From: Lingula anatina
Taxonomy: Eukaryota; Animalia; Brachiopoda
NCBI GenBank assembly: GCA_051362555.1
Contig: CM120642.1
Location: forward strand, 2,790,001-2,854,000
Length of the DNA: 64,000 nt
Direction of reading: 5' to 3'
The translations under genes were made by a program, and so were the position numbers. How positions within the stretch are numbered: position 1 is the stretch's first letter; every line of letters begins with the position of its first letter. Below the pieces are notes generated by a model, which was given only the letters and a program-made list of their open reading frames with translations, was not told the DNA's origin and made no database searches. Below, in pieces: positions 1 to 14,012 of the stretch.

Positions 1-469
1 TTTTTGGGCGACAATGTCGCAATGTCGCGCTCTGGGCAGAACCCTGCAACTCAAAACATGAAAATTTTCAAATGCAAGTTCAATGTCTTCATACGACATA
101 CACACAACCGATCTAGTAAAACAACCTACCTGAATTTATTCTTAATCCCTTTATCGATTTCTCTGACTCTATCGTCGTTTACACCGGCCTCAAGTAGCTT
201 CATTTTCCAAAACGCAAAAGCGACACACGATACCACATGGAAAAAACCGCGCAGCGCTATATGAACAGGATACAGGCCGTTTTACGGTAATTGCATTCAA
301 TGACTGTATAAATGTCGTATAGATGTCGCAAAAGTTTCCCCCTTGATAACAGTGCGTCCCAGAATCGATATATATGTACGGTTGGTAACGTTTTTCGGCA
401 AGGTCAAAATTGAAAACATGCGAGTGCCGATGAGTGAAGGGTCTCGCCGGGGAAGGGAAGGGTACCCCT

Positions 470-507
<38 letters not shown>

Positions 508-601
508 AAATTTTCTCAACGGATTTGCAATGATATAAAAAATGACATTTTTGAAGGAAAAAGTCGGAATTCCGCCAAAAGACGGAAAAATCTCATGCCT
601 G
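1..601. mobile_element. Young CpG-rich non-autonomous DNA transposon end (terminus TCTCATGCCTG), with a poly-C tract and a second element end at 1-46
   Basis: High CpG compared with the window background. The terminal ~45 bp resembles copies at 26816-26949, ~57220-57346 and ~7495-7625. Confidence 0.55.
470..506. repeat. Poly-C/poly-G homopolymer, ~37 nt
   Basis: Read directly; it produces the spurious poly-Gly and poly-Pro ORFs. Confidence 0.95.
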
Positions 602-915
602 CTTGGAGTTAGTGAGCAGTGGCTATTGCAACTTTACTCAATCTGAACTGCCCTCTATTTGTGACCTGCATAATAAAACTGATGTGATGACATGGTGGCA
701 GTCAGCAGATTAATATAGGACATGAAACATTAATAGATTTAACATGTCAATACACATGTCAATACAATGTCCAATGTGCCACTACTCAGGACATGCCATG
801 TATATGTGTGTGACATTGGTAACAGATGTTTGTGACTACACTGGCCATTTGATATACAAATATATTTGAAATGTCAGTATGTCTGACGTGTGGTGTGATA
901 TTACACCTGCCATAC

Positions 916-1050
916 CGTTGATGATATAGGTAGCATCTGGTGGGTTTGTGACCTGTAGATTCCGATGGGTATTTCACATGTCGTGGAACACAGTTTCTGA
1001 TACAGCCTGCCGTACGTCCTGATCCACATGTGGTCCCTTGTAATACGCAT
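916..1050 (-). CDS. slo-2: KCNT exon ([45 protein letters not shown])
   Basis: ccccag acceptor; ACG|gtatgg donor, with an alternative CAG|gtgtaa at 907; [12 protein letters not shown]...EIPIGIYR conserved. Confidence 0.94.
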
Positions 1051-1421
1051 CTGGGGAATGAAAAACAAGTACAGTGTACTAGTAGGGATACAACTTGAGT
1101 ACCACTTCAAGCATGACAGAAGCTTTATACACTGATAAATACCAGAGGGAGAGATAGAGTTGATGGTTAATACTGCTATCTTTGACAAACATTCCAATTG
1201 CTTTATCCTTCACACTTTGTGGATTTGTTTTAATTTCCCTTCACTCTGAAAGAATGTATCAGCTTTGGATCTTGCAATAATCAGACACAATTACCACCTG
1301 TGCAATGAGAGCTAATTTATCCTTCGCAACATTCAGAATGGAAAAAAGAGAGAAATGGGAGGGGGGTGGGGGGAGGGGAGAGAATAGATGCAAATATTCA
1401 ATTATAGTGAAATATCTTTCA

Positions 1422-1662
1422 AATGTTCAAAATTAGTTCTGTTGTTATCGCAGGGCATTTTTTATCAAATGGGAGGATTTGAATGTTCAAAATTAGTTCT
1501 GTCGTTATCGCAGGGCATTTCTTATCAAATGGGAGGATTTGAATGTTCAAAATTAGTTCTGTCATTATCGCAGGGCATTTTTTATCAAATGGGAGGATTT
1601 GAATGTTCAAAATTAGTTCTGTCGTTATAGCAGGGCATTTTTTATCAAATGGGAGGATTTGA
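1422..1662. repeat. 60-bp minisatellite, 4 copies
   Basis: Unit aatgttcaaaattagttctgtygttatcgcagggcattttttatcaaatgggaggatttg; consecutive 60-nt lines are nearly identical. Confidence 0.97.
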
Positions 1663-2246
1663 TCTCGAACATATTTCAACAAAATAGTTGGTGCAGGGGC
1701 AGGAAAAACTAAACCAAACCTTACAGAAGAGCAGTTTATCCCAAAAGAAGTTCCAAACCATTTTAATTGAGCTGGGTTAAAAAAAAAAAGAACTGACCGC
1801 AAATCAAGTACACAATTTCATATATTTTGTCTATGTAAATTATCAATCTGATTCATTTTCAGTCATGTCCCATGCCACATGTCCTGGTGGGTGTGCAATT
1901 TTCCAAGTGAAAGCCATTAAAAGCAATCATGTTATCAGCATGCAATCACATTATCAACAGAGCACCTTGAGTCACAGGGAACCAATGTGAAAGAATTGAA
2001 AGCTGATTGATAAAAGCTCAGTAATAAACCCCCAGGAACACTGGATGGTATCTATTATGCATTATATCTATAAAGCTTTAAATTTATTCAGCCGTGTAGA
2101 GAATGGTAAAATTGATACCTACATGTACATGTATCAAGAGACCAAATGTTAATTTATCACAAAGACTGGTAAACACACTGTATGGGTTGGTTCATGTGTC
2201 TCTTCGCACTACCTGCATCCCAAGTTTAGGATCAGTCATGTCTTTA

Positions 2247-2467
2247 AAACCCTTTTACACTGAACGGCGTCCTTCCTGCATCCTTTGTGTGACCATGAAA
2301 CTGGCATTGCTGTGGTTGTTAAAAGGAGGCACAAGCATCGCTTTAGTTGCTAAATGAATCCTCAATGATTGGCCAGTTGTCGGCACGTAAAGTATTATTT
2401 TTTACTTTCAAATGGGGCCGTACTACATGGACGTAGAAAGGACGCCGTCCAGTATAAAATGGGGTTT
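2247..2467. mobile_element. MITE with ~38-bp imperfect TIRs
   Basis: aaacccttttacactgaacggcgtccttcctgcatcc pairs with ggacgtagaaaggacgccgtccagtataaaatggggttt. Confidence 0.7.
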
Positions 2468-2730
2468 ACCACAGACACCAGAATTCCCAGTAACATACCA
2501 ATCAGGTGTCCTCTCTTTTAAAAACCAGCTGATATCTATGTTCAAACTTGTACAAATCATTTTTATCTGCGATTGGTTTTGAAATTACCCAAATTAAAAA
2601 AAATAATTAAATTCAAGGAACATTGATGAAGTAGGTTGTACAGTAATTAAATGTGTAGTATGTGCATGTGCATGTGAGCGCGTGTGTGTGTATGTGTGTA
2701 TGCATGTGCATGTGTGTGAAGTGCACTTAC

Positions 2731-2814
2731 ACAGGACAAATGCCCAGAGCCTGCAGCCTGATCAATCCCCAGTAGAAGACGTACAAAAGTGATGAGATAA
2801 TCCTTCACAAAGGC
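2731..2814 (-). CDS. slo-2: KCNT exon (AFVKDYLITFVRLLLGIDQAAGSGHLSC)
   Basis: 84 bp, ttccag / gtaagt; matches [28 protein letters not shown]. Confidence 0.96.
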
Positions 2815-3178
2815 CTGGAATGAAACATTTAAAACTAATCTAGTTTTCCCTTCATCAAATATCAGTATTAAAAGAATGAAATAACTGTCAAAAGGAATTC
2901 ATTACATCATTGATGTGTCCATGCTTTTGTTATGTTTTTCAATGTTCATTACTCCCTAGCTATTATCTACCATTTTAATTACCTAGAGAAAAGATTGAAT
3001 AAAACCAATGATCGAATAAGATGGAGACTCAAAGTATGAAAAATCTTTATGTAAAACAACAGCATACTCAGATATGAAAAACCCAACATAATCCTAGCAT
3101 CTGTTTTTAACTGCAATTCACCATCATAACCCCTGTTCTGTGTCTCTGGCCAAAGCTCATATTTTTCACTGCCTCTGC

Positions 3179-3878
3179 CAGGCCTGTAGACAGCAATTTC
3201 AAAAGGGCGTGGGGTGGTTCATTTTCTGAAAAAGTGGACCTTTTGCCATGACACCTTAGTGTACCTAGATCAATTTTACCCAGAGCGGACCTTTCCCAGC
3301 AAAAAGGGTGGTTTGTTTGACCCTCCTCCCCGGCTTCTGGCCTGTCTGTACTTAATCAAAAGCTATGACGCCAGATCACCTCAAATAAGAAAGAGGGAAT
3401 CCAGACATCTTGGTATTTTGGAACACAAAGTATCACAACCACTGAAAAAAAGCAATCAATTTAATGTAACAGTAAACAATATTATGTCATGCAAAAAGAT
3501 AATTCATCATGTCAAAAAAAAATCTTATCCAGCTGTGGTAAAATAATGTAGCAAGGGCTGAAAATTAAAAAAAAAAATCTTGTTCAAGTGCTACATGGAT
3601 ATAAGGGTAGTGTGTGCATGTATTAATTGTTTAATTGGTGGACTTCCAAGAAGATCATGGTCCTTAGCTTTCATATCAAGTGACACACTTATATTACATA
3701 AAAGTAAGCATGGCTTCCTAGTACGGCACAAAACAGCCCGTAACCAGGAGGTGCATAAGAATCCCATTTTTGCAAAGAAAGGTCTTCTCTGGGCAAAATT
3801 TTATCTAGGTGCATGAAGGTTTGTTTTTTTTTTTCCAAAAAAAGAACCCCCCTTTTGAAATTGCTGGCTATGGGCCTG
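3179..3878. mobile_element. Two degenerate copies of a CAGGCCCGTAGCCAG-type MITE; further copies at ~21080, 30255-30430, 45055-45192, 53500-53694
   Basis: Shared aaaggtcc/ggacctttt core and aaattgctggcta(c/t)(a/g)ggcc(t/a)g terminus. Confidence 0.6.
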
Positions 3879-4107
3879 TATAAACCACTTCTTCTAGCTT
3901 CTTATACTGGTATGACTATTAAATCAAGTTGACATGCCAAGTCATAAACCAAATTAATTCATCTTTCATCCAAAACATAGCTTTAAACCACACCTTCTTC
4001 AAATTTCTGGTTTGAAATTGACCTATTAATCCCTCCCTCCAGTTTGTAAAGTCCTCTTAATGAACATATGTCTACATTCATTTATTTCTGCTATATAAAA
4101 CCTTTAA

Positions 4108-4456
4108 GGACCACTCCATGGGATTTTCCCTCCACAATGAATTTTCCTGCGATACAGAGGAATTTTTCCTTTGCCTACTTTTCCTACAGATTTATTGCTT
4201 GACAACTCCTTGCACTTGGATTTGATGCTGTATTCCATTTTTAGTTTAGAACTTTAGTTTAAAATGGCTGCATTCAGAACGGGCCCCTTTAGAACAGCTG
4301 ACTAACTAATGGCCAACCCACTAGAATATTTCCCCATCAGGAATCTATTCAGTGCCTATTAGCAGATAAGACAACAAGCGTTTTAGTGGGTCGCCATACA
4401 TGGAGAAAACATATAAAAATATTTTTAAGGGAGGGGGAATCCCATGGCATGGCCCT
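4108..4456. mobile_element. TTAA-flanked (Kolobok-like) MITE with an internal Harbinger-MITE fragment; similar 5' end at ~63857
   Basis: ttaa|ggaccactccatgggatt ... aatcccatggcatggccct|ttaa; 4280-4400 resembles 5250-5385. Confidence 0.5.
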
Positions 4457-4996
4457 TTAACCTGCATTTAGGAAGGTCACTTATAAATGACATCTCTACA
4501 CAATTAATTATCTCTTAGGGGTAATTTTGTCTACGGTAGCCCTTAAGTGACCTGGCTTGGCAAACTACTCAAGATAAAAGCCACTGCTGTCTACTTAATC
4601 AGCTACATGAACATCAAACCAAGCAACTGAATGGTTTGTTCCCTGCTCTGGCAAAATAAGAAAAGCATTTTAATATAAACTGAGTATGACATCTTTATTA
4701 GAAATGGCAAAAATACATTTCTTTCCATAAGAAGACCATTTCAGGAAACCTGAACATTGGACACACAAATTATGATTACATAAGACTAGAAATGATAAAC
4801 GTGTAATTTTGTTTTTCAATTTTTATAATTTACTACAATACATATCACATATAATTTATTTCTTTACCATTTAAAGTTCATATAAAAACACCCAAATGTT
4901 GGGCTATTTCATTTAAATAAAGGTGTCTGATCCCAGATGTTATTTTCAAAATGACTTTCACACAAAACTATCACCTAATTCCACTATTTCACCTCA

Positions 4997-5390
4997 ACAT
5001 TCCCAGATTAAGCAGATCAAACATGGCCGACCCACATTAAAGCAGAGCCAATTAATCCACTAATGATCTCTCTGCAGAGGTCTAGCAATCAAACCTCAGT
5101 GCCAAGAATTAATCCGTTTAATGGCGCATGTGAATGCAGGGAGAGACCATCAGCAGATTAGTCAGCTATGCTTTTAAGTGGGTCAGCCATATTTAATCCA
5201 CAGATCTGTTAGTCTGCAGATCAACTTGTCCTGAATGCCCTCTTCTAAAGCCCCATTCAGAACAGAGGACTAACTAGTCCCATGGTCAAATATGGCCGAC
5301 CCACTTGAATACTTCCCCATGGGATATCTATTCAGTGTCTATTAGCGGATTAGACTTCAAGCTTTTTAGTGGGTTGCCATATTTGACACC
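4997..5390. mobile_element. Palindromic PIF/Harbinger-type MITE plus an adjacent fragment
   Basis: atggccgacccac...gtgggtcagccat inverted arms; ctgaatgccc terminus. Confidence 0.55.
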
Positions 5391-6004
5391 AGATTGCGAC
5401 CTAATTCACAAAATTAACCAAAACATTCGTTCTGGCATGGACAAAGTCTACTACCCATAACTTAAGGGGTACTTACATTCATTTAGGACATGTAAGTCAA
5501 TGCAAATATCACGAGTTGCTAATTAAAAGTTTCAAAATTCTAAATGAAATACATCTGATATGACTGCTGGACAGTTTGGGTTTCAGTCTCAAGGCAGATA
5601 AGCAACATTCACAACTGGAAACACAAAATTGATTTTTCTTTCTTTTTTTTTCCAGAAATTAATGGTGGATTCCAATTTATATTTTCATCATGCTTCCTAT
5701 CACTCCCTGAATAAAATTGTTTTGGCTTTAATGCAAAATAAATGTCTGGCCTTGAAAGAAGATAAAAATGAGCATCCAGAACACCTAATTTAGAAAAATG
5801 TGGTATAAAATTACAAAGCATGTCTGCCGGCTGTCTGTCAATTTATTTGTCACATTGCAAGCTCTATTTCTGTATCTATTTCACAGTTTGGATAAAATAT
5901 CTTGCAGGGTATATTTCAATCTATTTTGATGCAAGCTCTACATGTATTTCAGTGTGAAAATCCAATTTTGGGTAAAAACAACAAACTACAGCGTAAGTTC
6001 TCAC

Positions 6005-6106
6005 CTGATAGAGCAAGGTATCCAGCATGCTGGCGCTGAACACATTCCCGGCTGCAAACGGCAGTCTGAACATATAGGAGATGTGGGAACCCCGCTCTTT
6101 TTCTTT
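6005..6106 (-). CDS. slo-2: KCNT exon, RCK2 ([34 protein letters not shown])
   Basis: 102 bp, phase 0-0, ttttag / CAG|gtgaga. Continues directly from ...LSKVEK; missed by the ORF track. Confidence 0.97.
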
Positions 6107-8347
6107 CTAAAACATTGCACAAAGTACAAAAGATAAAGAAATAGTGTTATTGTGAATAAAAGGTGATTTTTGTTTTAAAAAGATTGAAAAATTCATCATT
6201 TTTACAATTCAAATTCTTATTTATAACTCATTGGACAACTAATTTTTACCTGTCACGTAATATAATGCACATGTATTTAAAAATACATATTATTTATATT
6301 AATTATAAGTTAATTATGAATTTCATTATGCACTGAGAAAAGGATAGACTGAAAATCAAATTGAAATATTCACAAAAAATCTGATTTGAACCCTATGATC
6401 CACGTTTTACCTTGAATATTCATTTCCTGGGAGGAGAACACTAGCCACTGTATTTCAAGTCCCCTCTAACCCTTGGACCAGACCATCCTCTGCATAAGGC
6501 AACTAAATCACCTCAAAAGAGGGGGAAATTCTCACTGATATTCCCCATTTGTGAAAAGTCCAAAATCAGATTAAATTTACGACTAAAAGACCTGCCTGAT
6601 TGTGCCAGAAGTAAAAATACCATGCCTTTCTTGAATTTTGATGCATGTTGCATTGCTTGATTGTAGTTTGAAGTTTTCACTTCTATTTAAAATTATTTGC
6701 AAATAACAGGATAATCACTGCCTGAAAAAAAAAATGAAGAATTTCTTTCCCCAACAGTATTTGTCTCTATAAACAGAGTTTTAACAAATCAACAACCAGA
6801 AAACAAGCAATGGTTGGATAATAACTTGGATTATTATTTATCTGCTGAAATCTCATTTTCTTCCAGCAAAAAGAGGGGTTATGAAATATGAAGTAAACTT
6901 ATTCCACGTACAGTAATGAAACTTCACTGATGTAAGGCACATTTGCAGCTCAAGTTCATTTAATACATGGATGATGAAAAATATACAATTATTCTTTTAG
7001 GGCAAAAGTTATCAACTGTCTGCTAAAATTGTGTTTTCTTCCAGCAATAAGAGCTAGCCAGAAGAAAAGAAATCCAGAAAACTGACTGCACTAACAATAA
7101 TGGAACTACAATACTCTGCTTTTAGACATATAGTTACATTTTATGCAACGTGAGTAAATCCTATAACAGTACCCTTTCAGAACAGTTTTCCATAATCACC
7201 ACGTAATCACAACGGTACTGGTATATTTGGCTACAATAAATTCTTATATTTATCATCAAAGTTTATTACAAATTAAATGAGTTCAAGCGATGTCACTAAA
7301 CATCACTGATAGAAATGAAGTAAAGAGGATATGCTTATAACAGTATTGAGGTGATAACACATAAATCTAAAATTATCTGTTCCTATTGACAACTGCCAAG
7401 GTTAACATAAAACTACTGTAATAATTAAATGTAGAAAGTACTGCTAACTTTTCCAAGCTCTACTAGTATATCCATGCAAACATTGGTGTCTTATCAGGAA
7501 TGAGACTGCATTTAGAGAAAAAGTCAGAAAATATGGTGTAGGATCCAGTTGGCTGGCCACCTATGCCAATTTCTTGGCTCATAAAAAGTCGGAAAACTTC
7601 TGATAATCAGAAAAACCTCTTCCCTATCTAATGCAAGACATGGCCATGTTTATCAGCTGTAAAGTCATGAAATCTCCGGAAAGAGTCATAAGTTGGTGTA
7701 ATTTAGTGAGATTATGCAACACGTATCACACTGCTAGTTCATGATGATTACAATTAGGAAACAATTATATAAACTGAATGGTTCGATGCTTTCAATTTGA
7801 GGTGTAATGGTTTATCGATCTTCCTAATATTACACATGAGGAAGTAAATCAGGCAGGAGAAGCAAAATGTATTTTTAACAGTTCAAAAGATTAGAGAAAA
7901 AAAAGGAAAAACTGATGAGATGGCAAGTTATAGGCAGCAAACTGTTGATTGCAAACACCTTGCATATTCTTCCTCTTTACATTTATGTCCTGTAAGCTTT
8001 AGATATAATAATGGGGAAATTACAGATATTGTATTTTTTAAGTTGTAAATTCTTAAAATCAGAGAGGCAGCAACTAAACTGAAAAGAAGTCTACCTTATA
8101 GTTTTATTCTATACAATAAAGGCACCAATAATGCTATACATATTGATATTTAATAGCTTCAAAATTATGTATCTGAGAGATTGATACTTTTTCTCCATTG
8201 AAAAGACAGCCATTACCCAATTTTTTTTTTATTTTTGTCATTAAAAATTAATTTTGACTTTTTCAAATGCATTTGCTGTTCAAAATAATAAAAATTAAAA
8301 AGGTTATCGTTTAAAATTAATTTACAATCTAGGAAATCAATAATTAA

Positions 8348-8649
8348 GGGACCATTCAGAATGAAAAGAGCCGAGTGCTAGCTAGGCCACGACCTAAATA
8401 TGGACCTACATGAAAAGAAGACCGCTTAATCCTGTAATGGTCTCTGCCTCTCACACTGCTCCCCATGCATCGTCCCTTGACCAGTTGAATTAAACCGAGA
8501 TTTAATTACTGTGCCCTTGCAGGGATGAGGCGTGGGGAGGCGTGTGAGAGGCAGAGAGACCATTACAGGATTAAGTGGTCTTCCTTTCATGTGGGTCCGC
8601 CATATTTAGGTCATGGCCTAGCTCGGCTCTTCTCATGCTGAATGGCCTC
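8348..8649. mobile_element. Palindromic PIF/Harbinger (Tourist-like) MITE with TAA target-site duplication
   Basis: taa|gggaccattcag ... ctgaatggcctc|taa; arms complementary over >100 bp. Confidence 0.85.
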
Positions 8650-10927
8650 TAATTCACTATCTGGTATGGGTACAATGTAGAAACTGATGCAGTAATATTT
8701 CAGGTATTTAAGTCTTCCAATGTATATTCAAGGGAAAAGTAAGTTGTTTGTTTACATCTGTAAATCATTAAAAAGAACTCTATGACCATCATTCAGATAA
8801 AGTGGACTATTTTCAAAGGCTGCTTTAAAAGTAAATAGACAGTTGTTGCTATGAAAGTACAGGTGTTTACAAATGAAATGTCATATATTTCTTTGTAAGG
8901 AAAAATAAGCTCCTTGTTTACATCTGTAAAGCATTAAGACAGAACAACCTGATCTCCGTTCAAATAAGAATTAGACTGTGTTTAAGCTTCATACAGGTAG
9001 TCTTATTACAATTTAATTTCACCTCCTCAGCAGCAGTTGAAGCCCCATCCTCTGAAAGCTGTCTAAACTGTGGAAAGGAAACAAACAGTGATAGTCCAAA
9101 GGTTCATTGGTCAAAAACATATTTAAAAATGAAATCTGAAATTTAAGACCTGGGTTCATTGATCCGGTGGTTTACTGGTGTGAACATCAGTTGATTCAAA
9201 GTTCTCAAGTCCAAAGATAGTAACTGACTGCCAGGAAGTGCATATACCCACTATAAGCATCAAACACTCACTAAGCAGTTGGTTATTTTATCTACTTACA
9301 TTCCCAAACTTTATATGCACTGCCTTCTCAGCCAGGCACAAATAGACAGAGCAACAGTTAAGCCAGTAGATTTTTAGTAAATAAATAAAACACAGATAAA
9401 GTAATGTGTCATACTGCTTGAACAATCACATACTTGCCTCGCAGGAAACCATGTGCACGAGTCCTTTCTTGACTTTATTCAATAAAAAGTCCATTAACAC
9501 CAAATAATAGTAACTTTTGGTGATCCGTCACATCATAATTTTTAGGATGATGAGTTTTATTGAATATTTGATATATATTTTTTATCCCTAAGGCTATAAA
9601 ATTTAATACAGGCAACAATTTGCTACATTATTTATTACTGTTAAAATGGGGTTACATAATAAAAAGCGACCTTGTTTGGCCAAATCTTGAACAATCGATA
9701 TTCTTTGTTGCCTTCTTTTCTTGTTATGAATGGGACTATGAAAGTTTGTGGTACACTGGGATGGAGGAGACAAAGGTTTGATAGTTAGAACATGCACTGT
9801 GTTGGATACCAAATCTCATAGAGCCTGATGTCAACAATTTTCTAGGGCAGGTAGGGAGTGTATTGAGTGTGACTTTCCTGACCATATTTATCTCTCATAA
9901 AATAATCAGAATTAAAAGAAAAAAAAATCATATCAGCATGGGCTTTATTCTTATGGACTATTTATAATTCATCAGAGTTGAAACAGGTCAAAATTTTTTC
10001 AAAGCTTGGATATGGAAATTTAAAATGAGGTCTTTTAATTAAGGAAACTCAGGGCAACTGGTGGGACCAAATTTCCAAACTACAAAATATATCAAAATCA
10101 CATATTAATAAAAAGACTGATAGCAAAATAGATAACCAACGAAAAAAAAATATCTGGCCATCAGCAGATGTTACTCATTGTGATCATACAAGACATCTTT
10201 AAAAAAAAAACCGAAGACATATTATCATTATTGTTATACAGGCTTCTGTTAACTAATTGGTATTAAATTAAAGAAAGAAGAAAAAGCTGTAATTACTTCC
10301 CAAGGAGATTTGTGACACTGCTTCTGATGTACATGTACGTATTTAGGTTATTTGAATCTTGACTCTGTGCCTCCAATTAATAATGTAATGTTTGAAGCAT
10401 CATGATTCAAGTATCATCTGATTGTCACAAAAAAAAAAAAAAAAAAAAAAAAGAGATAAAACTCTTATTGGCAGTTATTGCAGTCTATAGCTCAGTAGAC
10501 AATAAATATTCCATCAACACACTGCCGCCATGTTACAGACAATGTTATACATTGACAAAGGTCAGACCAGCAGGAATGTTAGTTCTTTACATAAAAATAT
10601 ATTCTATATAGACATTTTAGTTTTTATTCCTATTGTATCCAAGTGTTGATACATTGCAAAAATCCTGGAAAAAAGCCTAATCTACTCATTGAGCTCTTGA
10701 TTAGTGACCTTGAATCTGCAGCCAATGCAACGATTAAAAACGGGTTTTCTATCAAATATGTAATGAATGAATTTCAGTTGAAGATGAAAATTTAGCACTA
10801 CTGGATAATTTAATATACACTTTAATCACAATTATCACTAACTTTGGAAGGAATTATAGTGAAACAGCTACGTTTCTCTCTTGTCACAAGAGCATTATCA
10901 AGCTGAGATTTCTGTGTTATTGTTTAA

Positions 10928-11264
10928 AGGGATAATAACTGTTCCTTTTGGCCAAAATATGAATTTTCCTGGAGTAAACAACAATTTTCCCATACTAACC
11001 AATAGTTAACGAATCCATTTCTACATTCAAAGTTAGTCCCTGTTTTTTTTTCTTAAAAGTTGATTTTATGTTATAATCTCTCAAGAGATTATTATATAGT
11101 ATAGCCATCAATGGAGGTCACGTGGTATAATGACAAGCTCAGATATCAGAATAACAGCCATAACTGCCGTTTTTGTAGTAAAACAAAATATATTATATTT
11201 CTACGAGTTGTTTACATTGTTTTTATTGTGAAATATAGATCTCATACAAACAGTTATTATCCCT
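10928..11264. mobile_element. Kolobok-like MITE with TTAA TSD
   Basis: ttaa|agggataataactgtt ... aacagttattatccct|ttaa; homologous to 27623-27998. Confidence 0.85.
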
Positions 11265-13847
11265 TTAATTTTTGTGATATGTATGTGACATATATATTAC
11301 ATCATTATTTATGGCTTGTGGCCCTTATAGGCTTCCGTAGTTTATATCTGAACTAACACAAGATGGACAGCATTGGACTGATGATCTGTTGATCAGGTTG
11401 GCCAAATAATGATATCAATTAAAGAGCTATTGAGCTGGTTCAATGTATATCTATGTTATCAGGTTGACCCGAGAAGGATACCGATTCAACGGGGAATACC
11501 ATTTAATTCCAACTGGTTGGTAAGTCAATTATGACAGGCAGGCATGCATGAATGCCTTCATAGTTATACATGAAGGATGAGGTGCTGACTCCATCTGGCA
11601 GCTTCATGTTAGTACACTGTTTAAGTACACTGTACCTTGTGTTTGTACACTGTACAAGTACCTGCATGTAGCCACTTCATTCTCATCAACAGGGAACAAT
11701 AATGTACCAATTGCCCCATGACATACATTATTAATCAATGGCATATCAGTTGGTGACAGGGTGGCATGAGTGATATATATATATAACATATGCATATAGT
11801 GATGTCAAATATATAATCTATACTTTGTTTTCTATTAGAGAAGTCTACGCTAATGGTGTAAATCCTCCTCATTCAAAACATAAGGATTTAAACATGATTC
11901 TTTCTGTGAATGACAGAATATAATACTATGGGAACGCTATACCCCCACCCACACACACACATACGAAGGATGTTCCTTATTCAGTACTGCTATAACTATA
12001 CCCAAAGTACACTGTACTTGAAAACCATTTTGCAAAGGAAAAGATCAACAGCAGGAGCCTAAATTGTAAATCATCAGAGCAATGATCAAGGCCTTAAACT
12101 GAACAGTTGAGATATGTATAAGAAATATTTATCAAAGGGCAATCACAGCAGCTCTAACTTCCTTCATTACAGAGCTATGTGCTTCAGCTCTTTGTAACAA
12201 GATGGATGACACCATATCTTTACAGCAGAAACCTTTTCCTCCCTTAATGCAAATGTACCAAAACTGTTCCAGACGACAAACTTAGAAATGTAACATTGAA
12301 AAACGAAAAGGAAAAAAAAAAAACTTTGGCAAAGTGTACTATAAGCTGCCGTGAAAGGTAAAGCTACCATGATGTATGTGGTAAATGAATCTTTGAAAGA
12401 AATAAGAAAGACATGTGCTAGCTGTCAGTTTTTCACCACAGAAGTGTTTTTTTATCCAGGTTGGTAACAGAAAGTGACTACTGTAACTGCCTTGCCTTTG
12501 CCAACTTAAAAGCTAAATGTAGGATTAAAGAAATCAATATCCCTCATGTATTAATTACTGGTACTTCAAGCCTTGTTCAAGGAGAACACCTTGCCTGCAT
12601 GTCTCCATAGGGAGACTTTTCGTTCACACATAAAAAACAAAGGATATCAAAAAAAGCTTATTTGATAAAAATCTACCAACTTACCAGGTTCCTTATTACC
12701 ACAGTTAATAGGAGTATGTGTTACTCACATTTTATAATTTTTATATTTCCTTTATTTTACAATCAAAGGCCTTACATTCTTCACTACTCATAAACTGATT
12801 TGATATATATATTAAGTTTCTCTTCACCATATAATTATGGAGATCATGCATGAAAAAGATTAAAATAGCACCCAAGGTTTTTGACATTTAGCTTTAAAAT
12901 TCATGCAGATAAGGCCAGCACTGTGTTCAACATGCCCAAAAATAAAAGTGCCATCAACGGAAAATATCATTTATTTCCATTTATGTCATGCCTATCAATT
13001 TCTTTGGGTAACAAAGATAAATACTGTTTCTTAATGAAATGATGACAGTCGATTTAACAGTAGCAAGACAAATGATAGTCTTTCATTTGTACTGAAAACA
13101 AAAAGGGCATCAACATGCCCAAATGATATATAACTGCATACACAAGACATTGGACATTGTTCACTCTAATTCTAACCATATCTTGCTAATTCTGGCATTC
13201 TAAATGACTGTTCAATTAAAAATATTATATTAAACATTGAATACAATGGGTTGAGCAATGATTTCTAAGTTAGGGATTTTTTTAAATTTTATTCATTTAT
13301 TTCATTATTATTATTTATCTATTTACTTATTTTTTATTTATTTAAAATTATTTATTTATTATTTCTTTTTTTTTTTTTTTTGAGGAAAATTCATTTTGTA
13401 AGGTAAATCGTGAATCAAGTACAACCTTTTCTTTAAAGTTCCTTAAGTATACTGGTACCAAACAACTGCCTGTGCAACTAATTTAAATTAAAAAGACATG
13501 ATTTCAGAAGATTCAATCTTCAATTTGGCCTATTCTTGAACTGATTTGGATGCTTTATTTTACAGATTTTACAGCAATCAACAAAGACAGTACTTAAAAT
13601 TTTATTGATATTTCTATGGAGGTGAGTATAATGTGGTTTACATGGATAGACAGCAGAGTGGCAGTAGCTTTTATATGGTGGACTCATGCTTTGCTCCACT
13701 TACCACTTGATTGTGGTCAAAAAGCCCCAACTCAGGGTCCATTACCTTAAAAGCATACTAACAGTATTTAATAATATCTCAAAAGTCTCAATTTCTTTGT
13801 CTACATGTCTTGAAAAGCTACTTATCTTTCCCAATTCGGACCTTAAA

Positions 13848-14012
13848 GGGATAATAACTCTTTGTATGGGATCTAAATTTAACAATAAAAACATTATAAA
13901 CAACTTGTAGAAATATAATATATTCTGTTTTACCACAAATATGGCAGTTATAGCTATTATTCTGATATCTGAGCTTGTCATCAGACCACGTGACCTCCAC
14001 AGATGGCTATAT
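13848..14012. mobile_element. Partial inverted copy of the Kolobok-like MITE
   Basis: Reverse complement of 11100-11264; the spurious ORFs MEVTW..DKLRYQNNS occur in both. Confidence 0.8.

Noticed and set aside
190-612. Poly-Gly and poly-Pro ORFs
   Set aside because: Produced by the poly-C tract within a transposon end.
1388-1802. Repetitive ORFs on both strands, with CRISPR-like periodicity
   Set aside because: Contiguous 60-bp tandem units with no unique spacers, in a eukaryotic intron.
6378-6450. tRNA or SINE-like B-box (GGTTCAAATC), also at ~47143
   Set aside because: No cloverleaf or clear A-box; at most a decayed SINE head.
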